This document shows positions 27,678 to 37,209 of a DNA stretch of 55,984 bases, piece by piece. The notes beneath the pieces are model-generated. The model searched no databases, was not told where the DNA came from, and saw only the letters and a list, made by a program, of their open reading frames with translations. Origin of the DNA: an uncultured Hyunsoonleella sp. (lineage in GTDB: Bacteria > Bacteroidota > Bacteroidia > Flavobacteriales > Flavobacteriaceae); the NCBI GenBank assembly GCA_964562415.1, contig CAZLTR010000001.1, positions 4,531-60,514 on the forward strand. Direction: 5' to 3'. The translations under genes were made by a program, and so were the position numbers. The first letter of the stretch is position 1. Every line of letters begins with the position of its first letter.

Positions 27678-29393
27678 GTGAATCATAAAACTGTAATTTT
27701 TACTGTTTTTATGTTTTTTGTTGTACCAACCAACCTAAGCGCAACAATTAATATAAAAACAGCAAACCCTGTTGAGGATACTACCAAGTTGCTTAAAGGC
27801 GGAAAGAAATTTGCTAAAATTTTAAAAAGCATATTTCATCATAACGATTCTGTAAAGCAAGCGCGCTCCTTTATACACCAGCACCATAGCCTTTTAAGGA
27901 AAAATAAGGAAGCTAACTTTGCTACAAATAACGATTCTGTATCATATGTCCCACTTACTGTGCCTAAAGGTTTTGAATTGGGCTATGAAGTATTTGGTTT
28001 TTACCCCCATTGGGAAAAAGACTACTACAAGCAACTTAATTTTTCTTTACTGTCTACTGTAGCCTATTTTTCGTATGAGGTTAGTCCAAATACAGGACAA
28101 CCTAAAACGCTGTACGACTGGGAAAGCACTGCCTTGATAGATTCTATAAAAACGAAACCTAATAAACGCATATTACTTACGGTGAGCAACTTTGGGCAAC
28201 ATAACAATGCCAAATTCCTAAGAAATACTAAAGCTGTAAACGTTCTTATAACCAATCTCATCAACCTACTAAATAAAAGAGGGGCGCATGGGGTGTGTAT
28301 TGATTTTGAAGGTGTCGCTAAAAAAGAAAAAAGTCACTACACCAGCTTTCTCATTACCTTATCTAACCGTTTAAAAGCTGCCAACATCAACTATAAAGCC
28401 TACATTACCTTACCTAGTGTAGATTGGGCACAAGCGATAGATTTTAAAGCCATAGAACAAGCTGTAGATCGTTTTATTATAATGGGGTATGATTATTATG
28501 GACAAGCAAGTAAAGTTGCTGGTCCTGTAGCGCCTTTAAAAAGTGGAAAAACATGGGAACCTTATAATTTAACAAACTCTGTAGACTACTATATTAAAAG
28601 TGGTATTCCTAATTCTAAAATCATATTGGCTTTACCAACCTATGGCACTTTATGGGAAACCAAAAATTTAGATCTCAAATCTAAAGTTAAAACCTACATT
28701 GGTGCGAGAACCTTAAGCTATATTAAAAATACTATTGAAACGAACGAATCCATTTTTCTGGACACTATAAGTAAAAGCGCTTACAGTGCCTATACCGTTA
28801 AAGGCAAATCGACCACCTATCGCCAATGTTGGTTTGAAAACGACTCTAGTTTTATTTACAAAACCAAACTCATTAAAGACAAAAAACTTAAAGGTTTAGG
28901 CCTTTGGGCTTTAGGTTACGATAAAGGTTATACCGAAATATGGGATGTGATTCGCAACGAACTTGCAAAACCTAAGGATTCCACAACAAAACCTAAAGAT
29001 ACTACTGCTAAATCTTCTATTATATCCAGTATTATAAACACTTTAGGCTTGGCAGATCCTGATAGCAAAATAAATAAAACCGAAGCTAAATTAGTATCCA
29101 TTACAAATTATAGAACCATACTACTCTATATCATGATGTTTCTATTATTTTTTGCTGGCGTAGGGTTTATCATTGCCCTGTTAGCGCCCAATACGCGGCA
29201 TATCTTTTTTAACACTACCACCATAAAAATATATTATATTTCTGGAATTCTAATACTAACCATCGTTGTTTTTAGAATGCAGCATTGGATAAACGATGGT
29301 ATTGTATTGCTTATCATAGGGTTTATATGTGGTGCATTTGCCTACTACGGCGTCAATAAATTTATTCAGGAAAAACGAAAAGATTTACCATAA
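27678..29393 (+). CDS. Glycoside hydrolase family 18 protein with signal peptide and C-terminal membrane anchor
   Basis: GVCIDFEG (DxE), IMGYDY, PVAPL, ILALPTYG, GLGLWALGYD; three hydrophobic helices at the C-terminus. Confidence 0.88.
   Translation: MNHKTVIFTVFMFFVVPTNLSATINIKTANPVEDTTKLLKGGKKFAKILKSIFHHNDSVKQARSFIHQHHSLLRKNKEANFATNNDSVSYVPLTVPKGFELGYEVFGFYPHWEKDYYKQLNFSLLSTVAYFSYEVSPNTGQPKTLYDWESTALIDSIKTKPNKRILLTVSNFGQHNNAKFLRNTKAVNVLITNLINLLNKRGAHGVCIDFEGVAKKEKSHYTSFLITLSNRLKAANINYKAYITLPSVDWAQAIDFKAIEQAVDRFIIMGYDYYGQASKVAGPVAPLKSGKTWEPYNLTNSVDYYIKSGIPNSKIILALPTYGTLWETKNLDLKSKVKTYIGARTLSYIKNTIETNESIFLDTISKSAYSAYTVKGKSTTYRQCWFENDSSFIYKTKLIKDKKLKGLGLWALGYDKGYTEIWDVIRNELAKPKDSTTKPKDTTAKSSIISSIINTLGLADPDSKINKTEAKLVSITNYRTILLYIMMFLLFFAGVGFIIALLAPNTRHIFFNTTTIKIYYISGILILTIVVFRMQHWINDGIVLLIIGFICGAFAYYGVNKFIQEKRKDLP
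28966..29007 (+). repeat. Imperfect 21-bp tandem duplication in the GH18 linker (KPKDSTT/KPKDTTA)
   Basis: CAAAACCTAAGGATTCCACAA CAAAACCTAAAGATACTACTG. Confidence 0.6.
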
Positions 29394-29405
29394 AGCGCAT
29401 TTCAC

Positions 29406-29729
29406 ATGGATACACAACACCTAAAAAAAGACGCTGGCATACTCAAAAAGCTTATGGCTAGTATAAAAAAAGCACTAGCAAAAGAGTTTTTATGGATACT
29501 TATCATATTGGCTATAAGTATTCCTATAGCACTAATATTACAATATATCATTAGTGTGGATGCAAAACTATTACAAACAGAACTGTCTAAAAACATCAAA
29601 GCAGTTGCAACAGAGTTGTATCCTAAACAGCCTACATTTAGAATGTTATATACCTTATCTGTTACAGGTATTTATTTTTCAAGACTTGTTACTGCCGCTA
29701 TAAAAACACAACTCAATAGTAAATCTTAA
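29406..29729 (+). CDS. Small 2-TM membrane protein
   Basis: 107 aa, basic N-terminus, two hydrophobic segments; 12 nt after the GH18 gene and 4 nt before the DUF4255 gene. Confidence 0.7.
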   Translation: MDTQHLKKDAGILKKLMASIKKALAKEFLWILIILAISIPIALILQYIISVDAKLLQTELSKNIKAVATELYPKQPTFRMLYTLSVTGIYFSRLVTAAIKTQLNSKS

Positions 29730-29733
29730 GACA

Positions 29734-30324
29734 ATGTTAGAAAAAGCACTGGTATTTATAAGTAATTTACTCAATAAGGAATTAAAAATGGCCTTTGGAC
29801 TTACAGACGATCCTGTAGTCGTTGGAAGTCTTATCAATTTAGATGGTAGCATCACAAAAAACATCGAAAATAAAGTCGTGCTATCCATTATTAATTTAGA
29901 ACATGAAAAAGTTGTAAAACACAACAAAACCTATGTAAGTTCTCCAACAGGAGCTTACCATAAAGTTAACCCACCTGTACATTTAAATTTGTACGTGTTA
30001 GCTTCTGCCAATTACAATTCTGGAAATTACATGGAAGCCTTAAAAATGCTTTCTAGTGTTATTGGCGTATTTCAAGCCTCTAAGGTGTTTACAGCAAATA
30101 CTTACCCAGAATTAGCCCCATATATTGAGCGCTTAACTTTAGAAATTTACAATGTTCCAGTACAAGAATTAAGTCATGTTTGGAGTGGTATTGGTGCCAA
30201 ATATGTGCCTTCTATTCTTTATAAGGTGCGTATGATAAGTATAGAAAAAGATCGCGTACAAGAAGAAATATCTGGTATTACAGATGTAACTATTGAAACC
30301 AACAACCGCAACGCTAACAACTAA
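29734..30324 (+). CDS. eCIS cap/tail-terminator protein (DUF4255, Afp16/Pvc16-like)
   Basis: NPPVHLNLYVLASAN, YMEALKMLSSVIGVFQ, LSHVWSGIGAKYVPSILYKVR. Confidence 0.88.
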   Translation: MLEKALVFISNLLNKELKMAFGLTDDPVVVGSLINLDGSITKNIENKVVLSIINLEHEKVVKHNKTYVSSPTGAYHKVNPPVHLNLYVLASANYNSGNYMEALKMLSSVIGVFQASKVFTANTYPELAPYIERLTLEIYNVPVQELSHVWSGIGAKYVPSILYKVRMISIEKDRVQEEISGITDVTIETNNRNANN

Positions 30325-30329
30325 GAGTT

Positions 30330-31319
30330 ATGACCTATAAACAGTGGTTTACATTTACAATAAAGCATGATTATTTTACCAATCGTGTTTGTTCTGTTTT
30401 TGATTTCATCCCTATGACTAATACTCAAAGAACACTTCATAATTTTGATATCAAATACCAACACCAAGGACAGCACTATATGCTTTATACTAAGGTGCGC
30501 CCTTCCAAACGGGTCTGGCAAGAATTAGAAACAGCAGACGATCTCTATTTTCAATTGCTCAATACAGATAAAAATTTTAATGCTTATACAGAAATGCCTA
30601 TAGTGCAAAACGCGCATTCTCTTGTATATATTACAAATGCGACTACACAGCCGCAAAGTCAAACAACCCCAAATATAATAACCTATTCACCACTGCAGTT
30701 TTCTGTAGATACCGTCTCGGTAAATACAGTAGTTATAAAAAATGCGCAAGGCACATGCATCTTCGAAGCTGCAACGTCCTCTGTATTACAAGTAAACATC
30801 AACTTAAACCGTTTTGGAACAGGCCGCTACGAGTTATGGTTAGATGGCATACTTTCTAAGTCCTTCTTTGGCACCTCAGAGCGCTTACATCCTCAATGCT
30901 ATGGTATTTTACAAATTCAAACTTCTAATTGTATAGAGGTCTTAAAATTAGATACGCTTCCCAGCCTAACGCTTAATTTTGAATCCAGAGCCGTTTACTG
31001 GAAATATCTTATCGTAATTCCTAGTGATAAAAATATAAGTATTTCTACTATAGACATCGACAACGATGCCTATACACCACCAGAAACACAAACTGTATTT
31101 AACGACAAAACGGCTTATGCGTTTACATCTCGACAGCCTATAAAACTTATTAAATCGCCACAACATTACGATGTGTTAAAGCTGCAATACACACAGCAAT
31201 TTTCAGATAGCCCCATAGAACAAGACATGAAGCTCCCTGTACCAGCAGCACATACACTTCAAAAAGAAGAAAAAAATAATGCACATAGTTATTATGCGCA
31301 ATCTATAATTTATGTTTAA
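30330..31319 (+). CDS. eCIS-associated protein (cap-adaptor position between DUF4255 and sheath)
   Basis: FTFTIKHDYF N-terminus, FESRAVYWKY and KLPVP C-terminal motifs; gene position. Confidence 0.6.
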   Translation: MTYKQWFTFTIKHDYFTNRVCSVFDFIPMTNTQRTLHNFDIKYQHQGQHYMLYTKVRPSKRVWQELETADDLYFQLLNTDKNFNAYTEMPIVQNAHSLVYITNATTQPQSQTTPNIITYSPLQFSVDTVSVNTVVIKNAQGTCIFEAATSSVLQVNINLNRFGTGRYELWLDGILSKSFFGTSERLHPQCYGILQIQTSNCIEVLKLDTLPSLTLNFESRAVYWKYLIVIPSDKNISISTIDIDNDAYTPPETQTVFNDKTAYAFTSRQPIKLIKSPQHYDVLKLQYTQQFSDSPIEQDMKLPVPAAHTLQKEEKNNAHSYYAQSIIYV

Positions 31320-31340
31320 CCCTAAAATAATTTAAGAAGA

Positions 31341-32996
31341 ATGTCAGTAACAGCAATGAAAACGCCAGGGGTATACATCCAAGAATTGGATGCCTTTGGA
31401 AACGCCGTTGTACCAGTTCCTACAGCTATTCCAGCTTTTATAGGATACACAGGACAAACAAGCTACAATGGTAAAAACCTTGTCAACAAAGCCGTAAGAG
31501 TGACGTCTTTAGCAGAATTTAATGCTATTTTCGGTAGTACACCACCGCAAATTCAGTTTAATGTAAGCCCAACAGCCCCTGCAAAGCCAGCAACACCCGC
31601 AACAGATGCTGCTAAAAAGAAACCAGCAGATGCTAGTAAAGCTAGTGCAGATAGTAGTACTAGTGTAGCGGCCGACTTTTATATTGGTGCTACAGGCTAC
31701 AGTTTAGCTACAACTACAGTTAACTACAGGTTGTATAGTGCCATACGTTTCTTTTACGAAAATGGTGGCGGGACCTGTTATATTGTATCTACAGGAGGTT
31801 ACGATTACAGCATGACAGGCTTAACAGCTACCACTCCATTTACAGAGGCGCTAACTGTTTTAGAAAAGGAAACAGAGCCTACAATGATCGTGATTCCCGA
31901 TGCTGTAGAATTAAGCGACCCTACAGAAACAGAACTCGCTAAAAAATATGCATTGTGCTACACCTTACAAGGCGAAATGATTAACCATTGTGGGGAATTA
32001 ACCAACAGAGTGGCGCTTATTGATATCCCTGGAGGCTATAGCGAACCTTTAGTAGGTACTACAAGTGTTGAAGGTTTTAGAAATGCTGTAGAACCTACAC
32101 TGCCAAAATTTAACAGCTATGCTGCTGCTTATTATCCTTGGTTACATACCACTGTAAACCAATTAACAGACATCTCTTATAAAAACATTGCTCCAGCAAG
32201 TTATAATGCTGTAAAAGCGATGTTAAATGCAGAATTTCCAAATGTAACAGACCCTAAAACAAAAAATTCTGTTCCTAATCCTATTGCCAAATACATTACA
32301 GCTTTATTTGCGGCTAAACCTGCTGCCGATGGTATTACGCCCGATAAAGCCGATACGGTACTTAAAAATTTAAGTAGCTCTTATAAACTCCTGTTCAAAC
32401 ATCTTTTAGAACAATTAAATTTAATGGCTCCAAGTGCGGCTATGGCTGGGATCTACACCACTGTAGATAATAATGAAGGCGTTTGGGTTGCACCAGCAAA
32501 TGTAGGTGTACAAAGCGTTATTGCTCCAGCTATTAAAATAGATTTAAAAGCTCAAGAAGACCTCAACGTACCTTTAGATGGTAAGTCGGTGTGTGCGATA
32601 CGTTCGTTCCCAGGAAAAGGTGTATTGGTATGGGGCGCCCGAACTTTAGATGGCAACTCTAACGATTGGCGCTATATCAATGTAAGACGTACTCTTATTT
32701 ATATAGAACAGTCTGTTAAAGAAGCTGCTGGCGCTTTTGTTTTTGCACCTAATGATGCGAACACATGGGTCTCTGTAAAAAGTATGATTAGCAACTTTTT
32801 ACTAGGCTTATGGAATCAAGGTGGCTTAGTTGGCCCCAAACCAGCAGATGCATTTTCTGTAACTGTAGGTTTAGGCAGTACAATGACTGGAGACGATATC
32901 CTTAATGGCCGTATGATTGTGGCTGTAAAAGTAGCGATATCTCACCCTGCAGAATTTATTGAAATTACATTCCAACAAGAAATGCAAAAAGCATAA
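31341..32996 (+). CDS. Contractile tail sheath protein (Afp2/3/4-like)
   Basis: KTPGVYIQE, TAIPAFIGYT, AAAYYPWL, GVWVAPAN, VWGARTL, WRYINVRR, HPAEFIEITF. Confidence 0.95.
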   Translation: MSVTAMKTPGVYIQELDAFGNAVVPVPTAIPAFIGYTGQTSYNGKNLVNKAVRVTSLAEFNAIFGSTPPQIQFNVSPTAPAKPATPATDAAKKKPADASKASADSSTSVAADFYIGATGYSLATTTVNYRLYSAIRFFYENGGGTCYIVSTGGYDYSMTGLTATTPFTEALTVLEKETEPTMIVIPDAVELSDPTETELAKKYALCYTLQGEMINHCGELTNRVALIDIPGGYSEPLVGTTSVEGFRNAVEPTLPKFNSYAAAYYPWLHTTVNQLTDISYKNIAPASYNAVKAMLNAEFPNVTDPKTKNSVPNPIAKYITALFAAKPAADGITPDKADTVLKNLSSSYKLLFKHLLEQLNLMAPSAAMAGIYTTVDNNEGVWVAPANVGVQSVIAPAIKIDLKAQEDLNVPLDGKSVCAIRSFPGKGVLVWGARTLDGNSNDWRYINVRRTLIYIEQSVKEAAGAFVFAPNDANTWVSVKSMISNFLLGLWNQGGLVGPKPADAFSVTVGLGSTMTGDDILNGRMIVAVKVAISHPAEFIEITFQQEMQKA

Positions 32997-33112
32997 CAAT
33001 CGCAACGCGTTTAAAACTGGTAACGGCGCAAACACCTTTTCTTGTTTTAAATGATATGCATTACACAAACAACACATAACAAGTATTAATATCCTATTAA
33101 AAATATATAATT

Positions 33113-33574
33113 ATGGCAGATGATGGATCAGCACAAGGTGCGATATGGCCGTTAACTAAATTTTATTTCACGGTAAGCTTAGGCTCACAAGATAACACGG
33201 CCTCTTTTCAAGAAATATCTGGTTTAGATACCGAAACACAAGTTGTAGAATACAGACATGGCGATAGCAAAACATTTAGCACAATTAAAATGCCTGGCTT
33301 AGCTAAATTTAGCAACGTTACTCTAAAAAAAGGCGTTTTTGTAAAAGACAATAACTTCTGGAAATGGTATGACGCTATAAAAATGAATACTATAAAACGA
33401 GAAACCGTTGTTATTAAATTACTAGATGAAAAAGGAGCACCAACAATGACCTGGACCTTACAAAATGCATGGCCTACTAAAATTACAGCGACCGATTTAA
33501 AATCCGATGCAAACGAAGTCGCTATTGAAACTTTAGAATTGGCCCATGAAGGCATTACAATAGCAAACAGTTAA
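33113..33574 (+). CDS. Tail tube protein (gp19/Afp1-like)
   Basis: FQEISGL, EYRHG, KMPGLAKFSNVTLKKG, NAWPTK, NEVAIETLELAHEG. Confidence 0.95.
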   Translation: MADDGSAQGAIWPLTKFYFTVSLGSQDNTASFQEISGLDTETQVVEYRHGDSKTFSTIKMPGLAKFSNVTLKKGVFVKDNNFWKWYDAIKMNTIKRETVVIKLLDEKGAPTMTWTLQNAWPTKITATDLKSDANEVAIETLELAHEGITIANS

Positions 33575-33577
33575 TCT

Positions 33578-34024
33578 ATGAGTGATTACCCTTTACCTGG
33601 TTTTTATTTCAGGCTCACATTTCCTCTAGAATTAGGCTTATTTGATACTTCTTTTAAAGAAGTATCAGGTATGTCTATGGAAATGGGTATTGAAGAGATT
33701 GCCGAAGGTGGTGAAAACAGGTTTAAACACCGTGTACCAACTGGTGCCAAATATCAAAACCTCGTTTTGAAACGCGGAGTAACTTCCAGTGTTTCGGCCC
33801 TTTCTTTATGGTGCGAAGCTATGATTGCTGGGGGCTTAGCAACCACAATGATTACACAAACTGTTATTGTTAGTCTACTCAATGAAAATAGTTTACCTAT
33901 TAAAAACTGGAGTTTTATCAACGCTTGGCCTGTAAAATGGGAGTTTTCTCCCCTAAACTCTATGAATAACGAAATTCTCATAGAAAGCTTAGAATTGGCC
34001 TATGATTACTCATTAGTTATATAA
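33578..34024 (+). CDS. Second tail tube protein (Afp5-like)
   Basis: YPLPGFYF, FKEVSG, EGGENRFKHRVP, NLVLKRG, NAWPVKW. Confidence 0.92.
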   Translation: MSDYPLPGFYFRLTFPLELGLFDTSFKEVSGMSMEMGIEEIAEGGENRFKHRVPTGAKYQNLVLKRGVTSSVSALSLWCEAMIAGGLATTMITQTVIVSLLNENSLPIKNWSFINAWPVKWEFSPLNSMNNEILIESLELAYDYSLVI

Positions 34025-34027
34025 ATT

Positions 34028-34186
34028 ATGCCCATAGAAATACGAGAATTAGTCATTAAAGTAAAAGTAGAAGCATCTAAAGCTTCACAATCCAATACCG
34101 TAGATATGGAAACCCTTAAAGCTACGGTAGAACGCCTTTGCGAAAAAGAAGTGAAAAGACAATTGCAAAAATTTAAAGAACGTTAA
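34028..34186 (+). CDS. Small eCIS protein (DUF5908/Afp6-like spike plug); below the ORF-track size cutoff
   Basis: MPIEIRELVIKVKVE...CEKEVKRQLQKFKER* (52 aa) fills the gap between the tube and Afp7 genes. Confidence 0.8.
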   Translation: MPIEIRELVIKVKVEASKASQSNTVDMETLKATVERLCEKEVKRQLQKFKER

Positions 34187-34191
34187 GCACC

Positions 34192-34872
34192 ATGTCTAAA
34201 GAACTCATGGAAATAATAGCGTACTCAGATAATGAGTACTCTAGTAAAACAGGAGATACCTGTACGGTACAAATAAATCCTGCGTCCTATACACATGAAC
34301 ATACTATAGAGTATAATAAATTTCAACCTGTAGGGTCGCCAGGCACCTCGGTATGGTATAAAGGAACGCCTCCTGAAAAAGTGTCTTTCGATATTTATTT
34401 TGACGCCACTGGTGCGATAAGTTCTAGCAGCATTAGTAGTCTACTTTCTACAATAACACCTGTATCCGACCAAATTGATACCTTTAAAAGCACATGTTTC
34501 ACCTATAATGGTAGCATACACGAGCCCAATTATTTAATGCTATCGTGGGGTACATTAGTTTTTAAATGTAAATTAACCAGCCTTAATATTTCGTATACCC
34601 TTTTTCAAAGTGATGGCACCCCTTTAAGAGCTAAACTTAGTGCCAGTTTTGAAGGCGCTATGTCTGCCGATGATATTGCTGCCGAGGCAGATAATCAGTC
34701 GCCAGACCTTACCCACTACATCGAGGTTAAAGAAGGCGATACCCTACCTTTAATCTGCTACAGAATCTATGGCGACAGCAGCTACTACATGGAAGTTGCT
34801 GCCTTTAACGACATCCTTAATTTTAGAGATATATCACCTGGCACCACGTTATACCTCCCCCCTTTAAAGTAA
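34192..34872 (+). CDS. Tube initiator with C-terminal LysM (Afp7-like)
   Basis: VQINPASY, LSWGTLVFKCKLTSLNISYTLFQSDGTPLRA, SPDLTH..VKEGDTLPLICYRIYGD. Confidence 0.9.
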   Translation: MSKELMEIIAYSDNEYSSKTGDTCTVQINPASYTHEHTIEYNKFQPVGSPGTSVWYKGTPPEKVSFDIYFDATGAISSSSISSLLSTITPVSDQIDTFKSTCFTYNGSIHEPNYLMLSWGTLVFKCKLTSLNISYTLFQSDGTPLRAKLSASFEGAMSADDIAAEADNQSPDLTHYIEVKEGDTLPLICYRIYGDSSYYMEVAAFNDILNFRDISPGTTLYLPPLK

Positions 34873-34875
34873 ACT

Positions 34876-36669
34876 ATGGCAAATTCACCAATCATTAACG
34901 GCAATAACTTGGTTTCGTTCACCATTACTTCTGAAGGTGATGCTATTCCTGATACTTATGGCATTACCAATATAAGTATTACTCAAGAAATTGATCGAAT
35001 TGCGCAAGCACAAATTACAGTAAAAGATGGTAACCCAAGCACACAACTGTTCGAGATAGCAGATGCAACAACCTTTCAAACAGGAAACACTATAGAAATA
35101 GCCCTAGGTTATGCCACAGAGACTACCACCATATTTTCTGGTGTAGTTACCAAGCAATCTATTAAAGTAGATGATGGCGGCACCACATTTCAAGTCACCT
35201 GTAAAGACCCACTTGTAGAAGCTACAAAAACTAGAAGTACAGTCGTTCTTACCGATAGTTTAGATAGTGATGCTATAAGCCAAATTGCAGAAAATCTCGG
35301 TGTAGATAGTAGCATTACCGCAACCACTGTAAGCAAAGAAAAAATCATCCAGTACAATGCCACCGATTGGGATTTTATTGTGAGCAGAGCACAGCGCAAC
35401 GGCATGACTGTCGTTACCGATAATGGCACATTGGTTGTAAGTGCGATTACCAACGACGACACCCCTGCTTTAGAATTACAATACGGTGTAGATATTATAG
35501 AAATGGATTTAGAACTAGATGCTGTAGATCAAGCTTCTTCGTTTTCAATAAACGCTTGGACGCCTTCTGAACAGGATGCTGTTTCTACTGAAGCGGCCGA
35601 ACCTACTGTAAATGAACAAGGCGACACAGATGAATCGGATTTAGAAGCTGTTACCAATGCAGATGATGCCTTTAATACCTCTGTCCCGCTTACTGAAGAT
35701 GAAGCCCAACAATTATCAGATGCCATACTATTGCGTTTGCGCATGTCTAAATTTCGTGGTTCCATTAAATTCCCTGGTTCTGCAGATGCCAAACCCAATA
35801 CACTTATCACCTTAACGGGCTTAGGAGAACGTTTTGATGGTGATGCCTATATCTCTAGTGTACACCATAGCATTAGTGGCGGTAATTGGTTTACAGAAAT
35901 ACAAATTGGCGTACTTCCAGAAATGCACAGCCAAAAAGTAAAAAGCGCCCCCTCCGAACCCGATACCAAAGATAGTATCATAGACGTTAAAGGGATGCAA
36001 GTAGGAATCGTTAAAGACACGTACGATGAAGATGGTGGTGAATATCGCGTACAAGTAGAAATTCCCATGTTAAATGATACCACAGAGTTTGTATGGGCAC
36101 GTATAGCGTCTTTTTATGCTAGCAACAGCTTTGGTGCATTTTTTTATCCCGAAGTCGACGACGAAGTCATACTAGGTTTTGTAGATGGTAACCCCGCATA
36201 CCCTGTTATTCTAGGAAGTTTATACAGTAGTGCTATGCAACCTGCAGATGTGGCAATTCCAGCAGATAGTGACAATAACATTAAAGCTCTCGTGACTCGT
36301 AGTCAACTGCAAATGCAATTTGATGACGAAAATATTGTCATGACCATGCTTACCCCTAATGGCAATACCATCGTGATAAGCGATCAAGACGAAGGCATTA
36401 CCATTACAGATCAAAACAGCAATCAAATACAACTAAATGGCGATGGCATCACTATAGAAAGTGCTTCAGCAATGACCATAAAAGCGACAGATGCACTTAC
36501 GTTACAAGGCGATTCCGTAACCATTAGTGCGACCAATGCCGTCTCTATTAATGGCGAAGACGTTTCGGCCTCGGGCTCTAGTTCTGCTACCGTTAATGGC
36601 GATAGCAGCTGTACCATTAGCAGTAGTGGTTCTACTAACGTTAGTGGTTCCTCAGTAAACCTAAATTAA
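34876..36669 (+). CDS. vgrG: VgrG/Afp8-like spike
   Basis: IQYNATDWDFIVSRA, WARIASFYA...GAFFYPEVDDEVILGF..GNP..PVILGSLYS; C-terminal beta-helix-like repeats. Confidence 0.92.
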   Translation: MANSPIINGNNLVSFTITSEGDAIPDTYGITNISITQEIDRIAQAQITVKDGNPSTQLFEIADATTFQTGNTIEIALGYATETTTIFSGVVTKQSIKVDDGGTTFQVTCKDPLVEATKTRSTVVLTDSLDSDAISQIAENLGVDSSITATTVSKEKIIQYNATDWDFIVSRAQRNGMTVVTDNGTLVVSAITNDDTPALELQYGVDIIEMDLELDAVDQASSFSINAWTPSEQDAVSTEAAEPTVNEQGDTDESDLEAVTNADDAFNTSVPLTEDEAQQLSDAILLRLRMSKFRGSIKFPGSADAKPNTLITLTGLGERFDGDAYISSVHHSISGGNWFTEIQIGVLPEMHSQKVKSAPSEPDTKDSIIDVKGMQVGIVKDTYDEDGGEYRVQVEIPMLNDTTEFVWARIASFYASNSFGAFFYPEVDDEVILGFVDGNPAYPVILGSLYSSAMQPADVAIPADSDNNIKALVTRSQLQMQFDDENIVMTMLTPNGNTIVISDQDEGITITDQNSNQIQLNGDGITIESASAMTIKATDALTLQGDSVTISATNAVSINGEDVSASGSSSATVNGDSSCTISSSGSTNVSGSSVNLN

Positions 36670-36673
36670 ACAT

Positions 36674-37189
36674 ATGGCACACAAAAAAACAGATACAAGA
36701 GCACATAACCTCTTTTTAGGAACAGGATGGAGTTTCCCTCCTACCTTTCACAAAGAAAGTGCCTTAGGCATCGAAATGATTTCTAACGAAAAAGACATTC
36801 AGCAGTCTTTAGAAATTTTATTGAGCACCAAATTAGGCGAACGCATTATGAATCCTAGATATGGCTGCGATATTTACACTTATTTGTTTGAATCCATATC
36901 GAATTCTCGGGTGCATCAAATTATAGAAATGATTAAAACGGCTGTATTACGATTTGAACCTAGAATTAAACTTATTAAAGTTCATTTGGATGAATCAGAC
37001 TATTTAGACGGTGTCATTAAGGTACATTTAGACTATAAAATACCAACAACCAACACCCGATTTAATTTAGTTTTCCCTTACTATAAAGTAGAAGGTACAG
37101 ACATCCCAGAACGTTACAAGACCAAAGAGAAAACCCCTAAAACTATAGCAGATCTCTTAGCCCGCAACGCCGAAAAACAACAAAAATAG
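36674..37189 (+). CDS. GPW/gp25 baseplate protein (Afp9-like)
   Basis: FLGTGWSFPPTF, DIQQSLEILLSTKLGERIMNPRYGC, FEPRI, RFNLVFPYY. Confidence 0.92.
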   Translation: MAHKKTDTRAHNLFLGTGWSFPPTFHKESALGIEMISNEKDIQQSLEILLSTKLGERIMNPRYGCDIYTYLFESISNSRVHQIIEMIKTAVLRFEPRIKLIKVHLDESDYLDGVIKVHLDYKIPTTNTRFNLVFPYYKVEGTDIPERYKTKEKTPKTIADLLARNAEKQQK

Positions 37190-37209
37190 CTCGTTTACCC
37201 TTAGAATAA

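Noticed and set aside
33008-33052. Hairpin between the sheath and tube genes (TTTAAAAC/GTTTTAAA)
   Set aside because: AT-only outer stem with several mismatches inside; too weak to call.
34885-36617. Cluster of antisense ORFs within vgrG (also within tube, NIS, tape-measure and DUF4280 genes)
   Set aside because: Short and without motifs; expected by chance and from the biased codon content of the sense gene.
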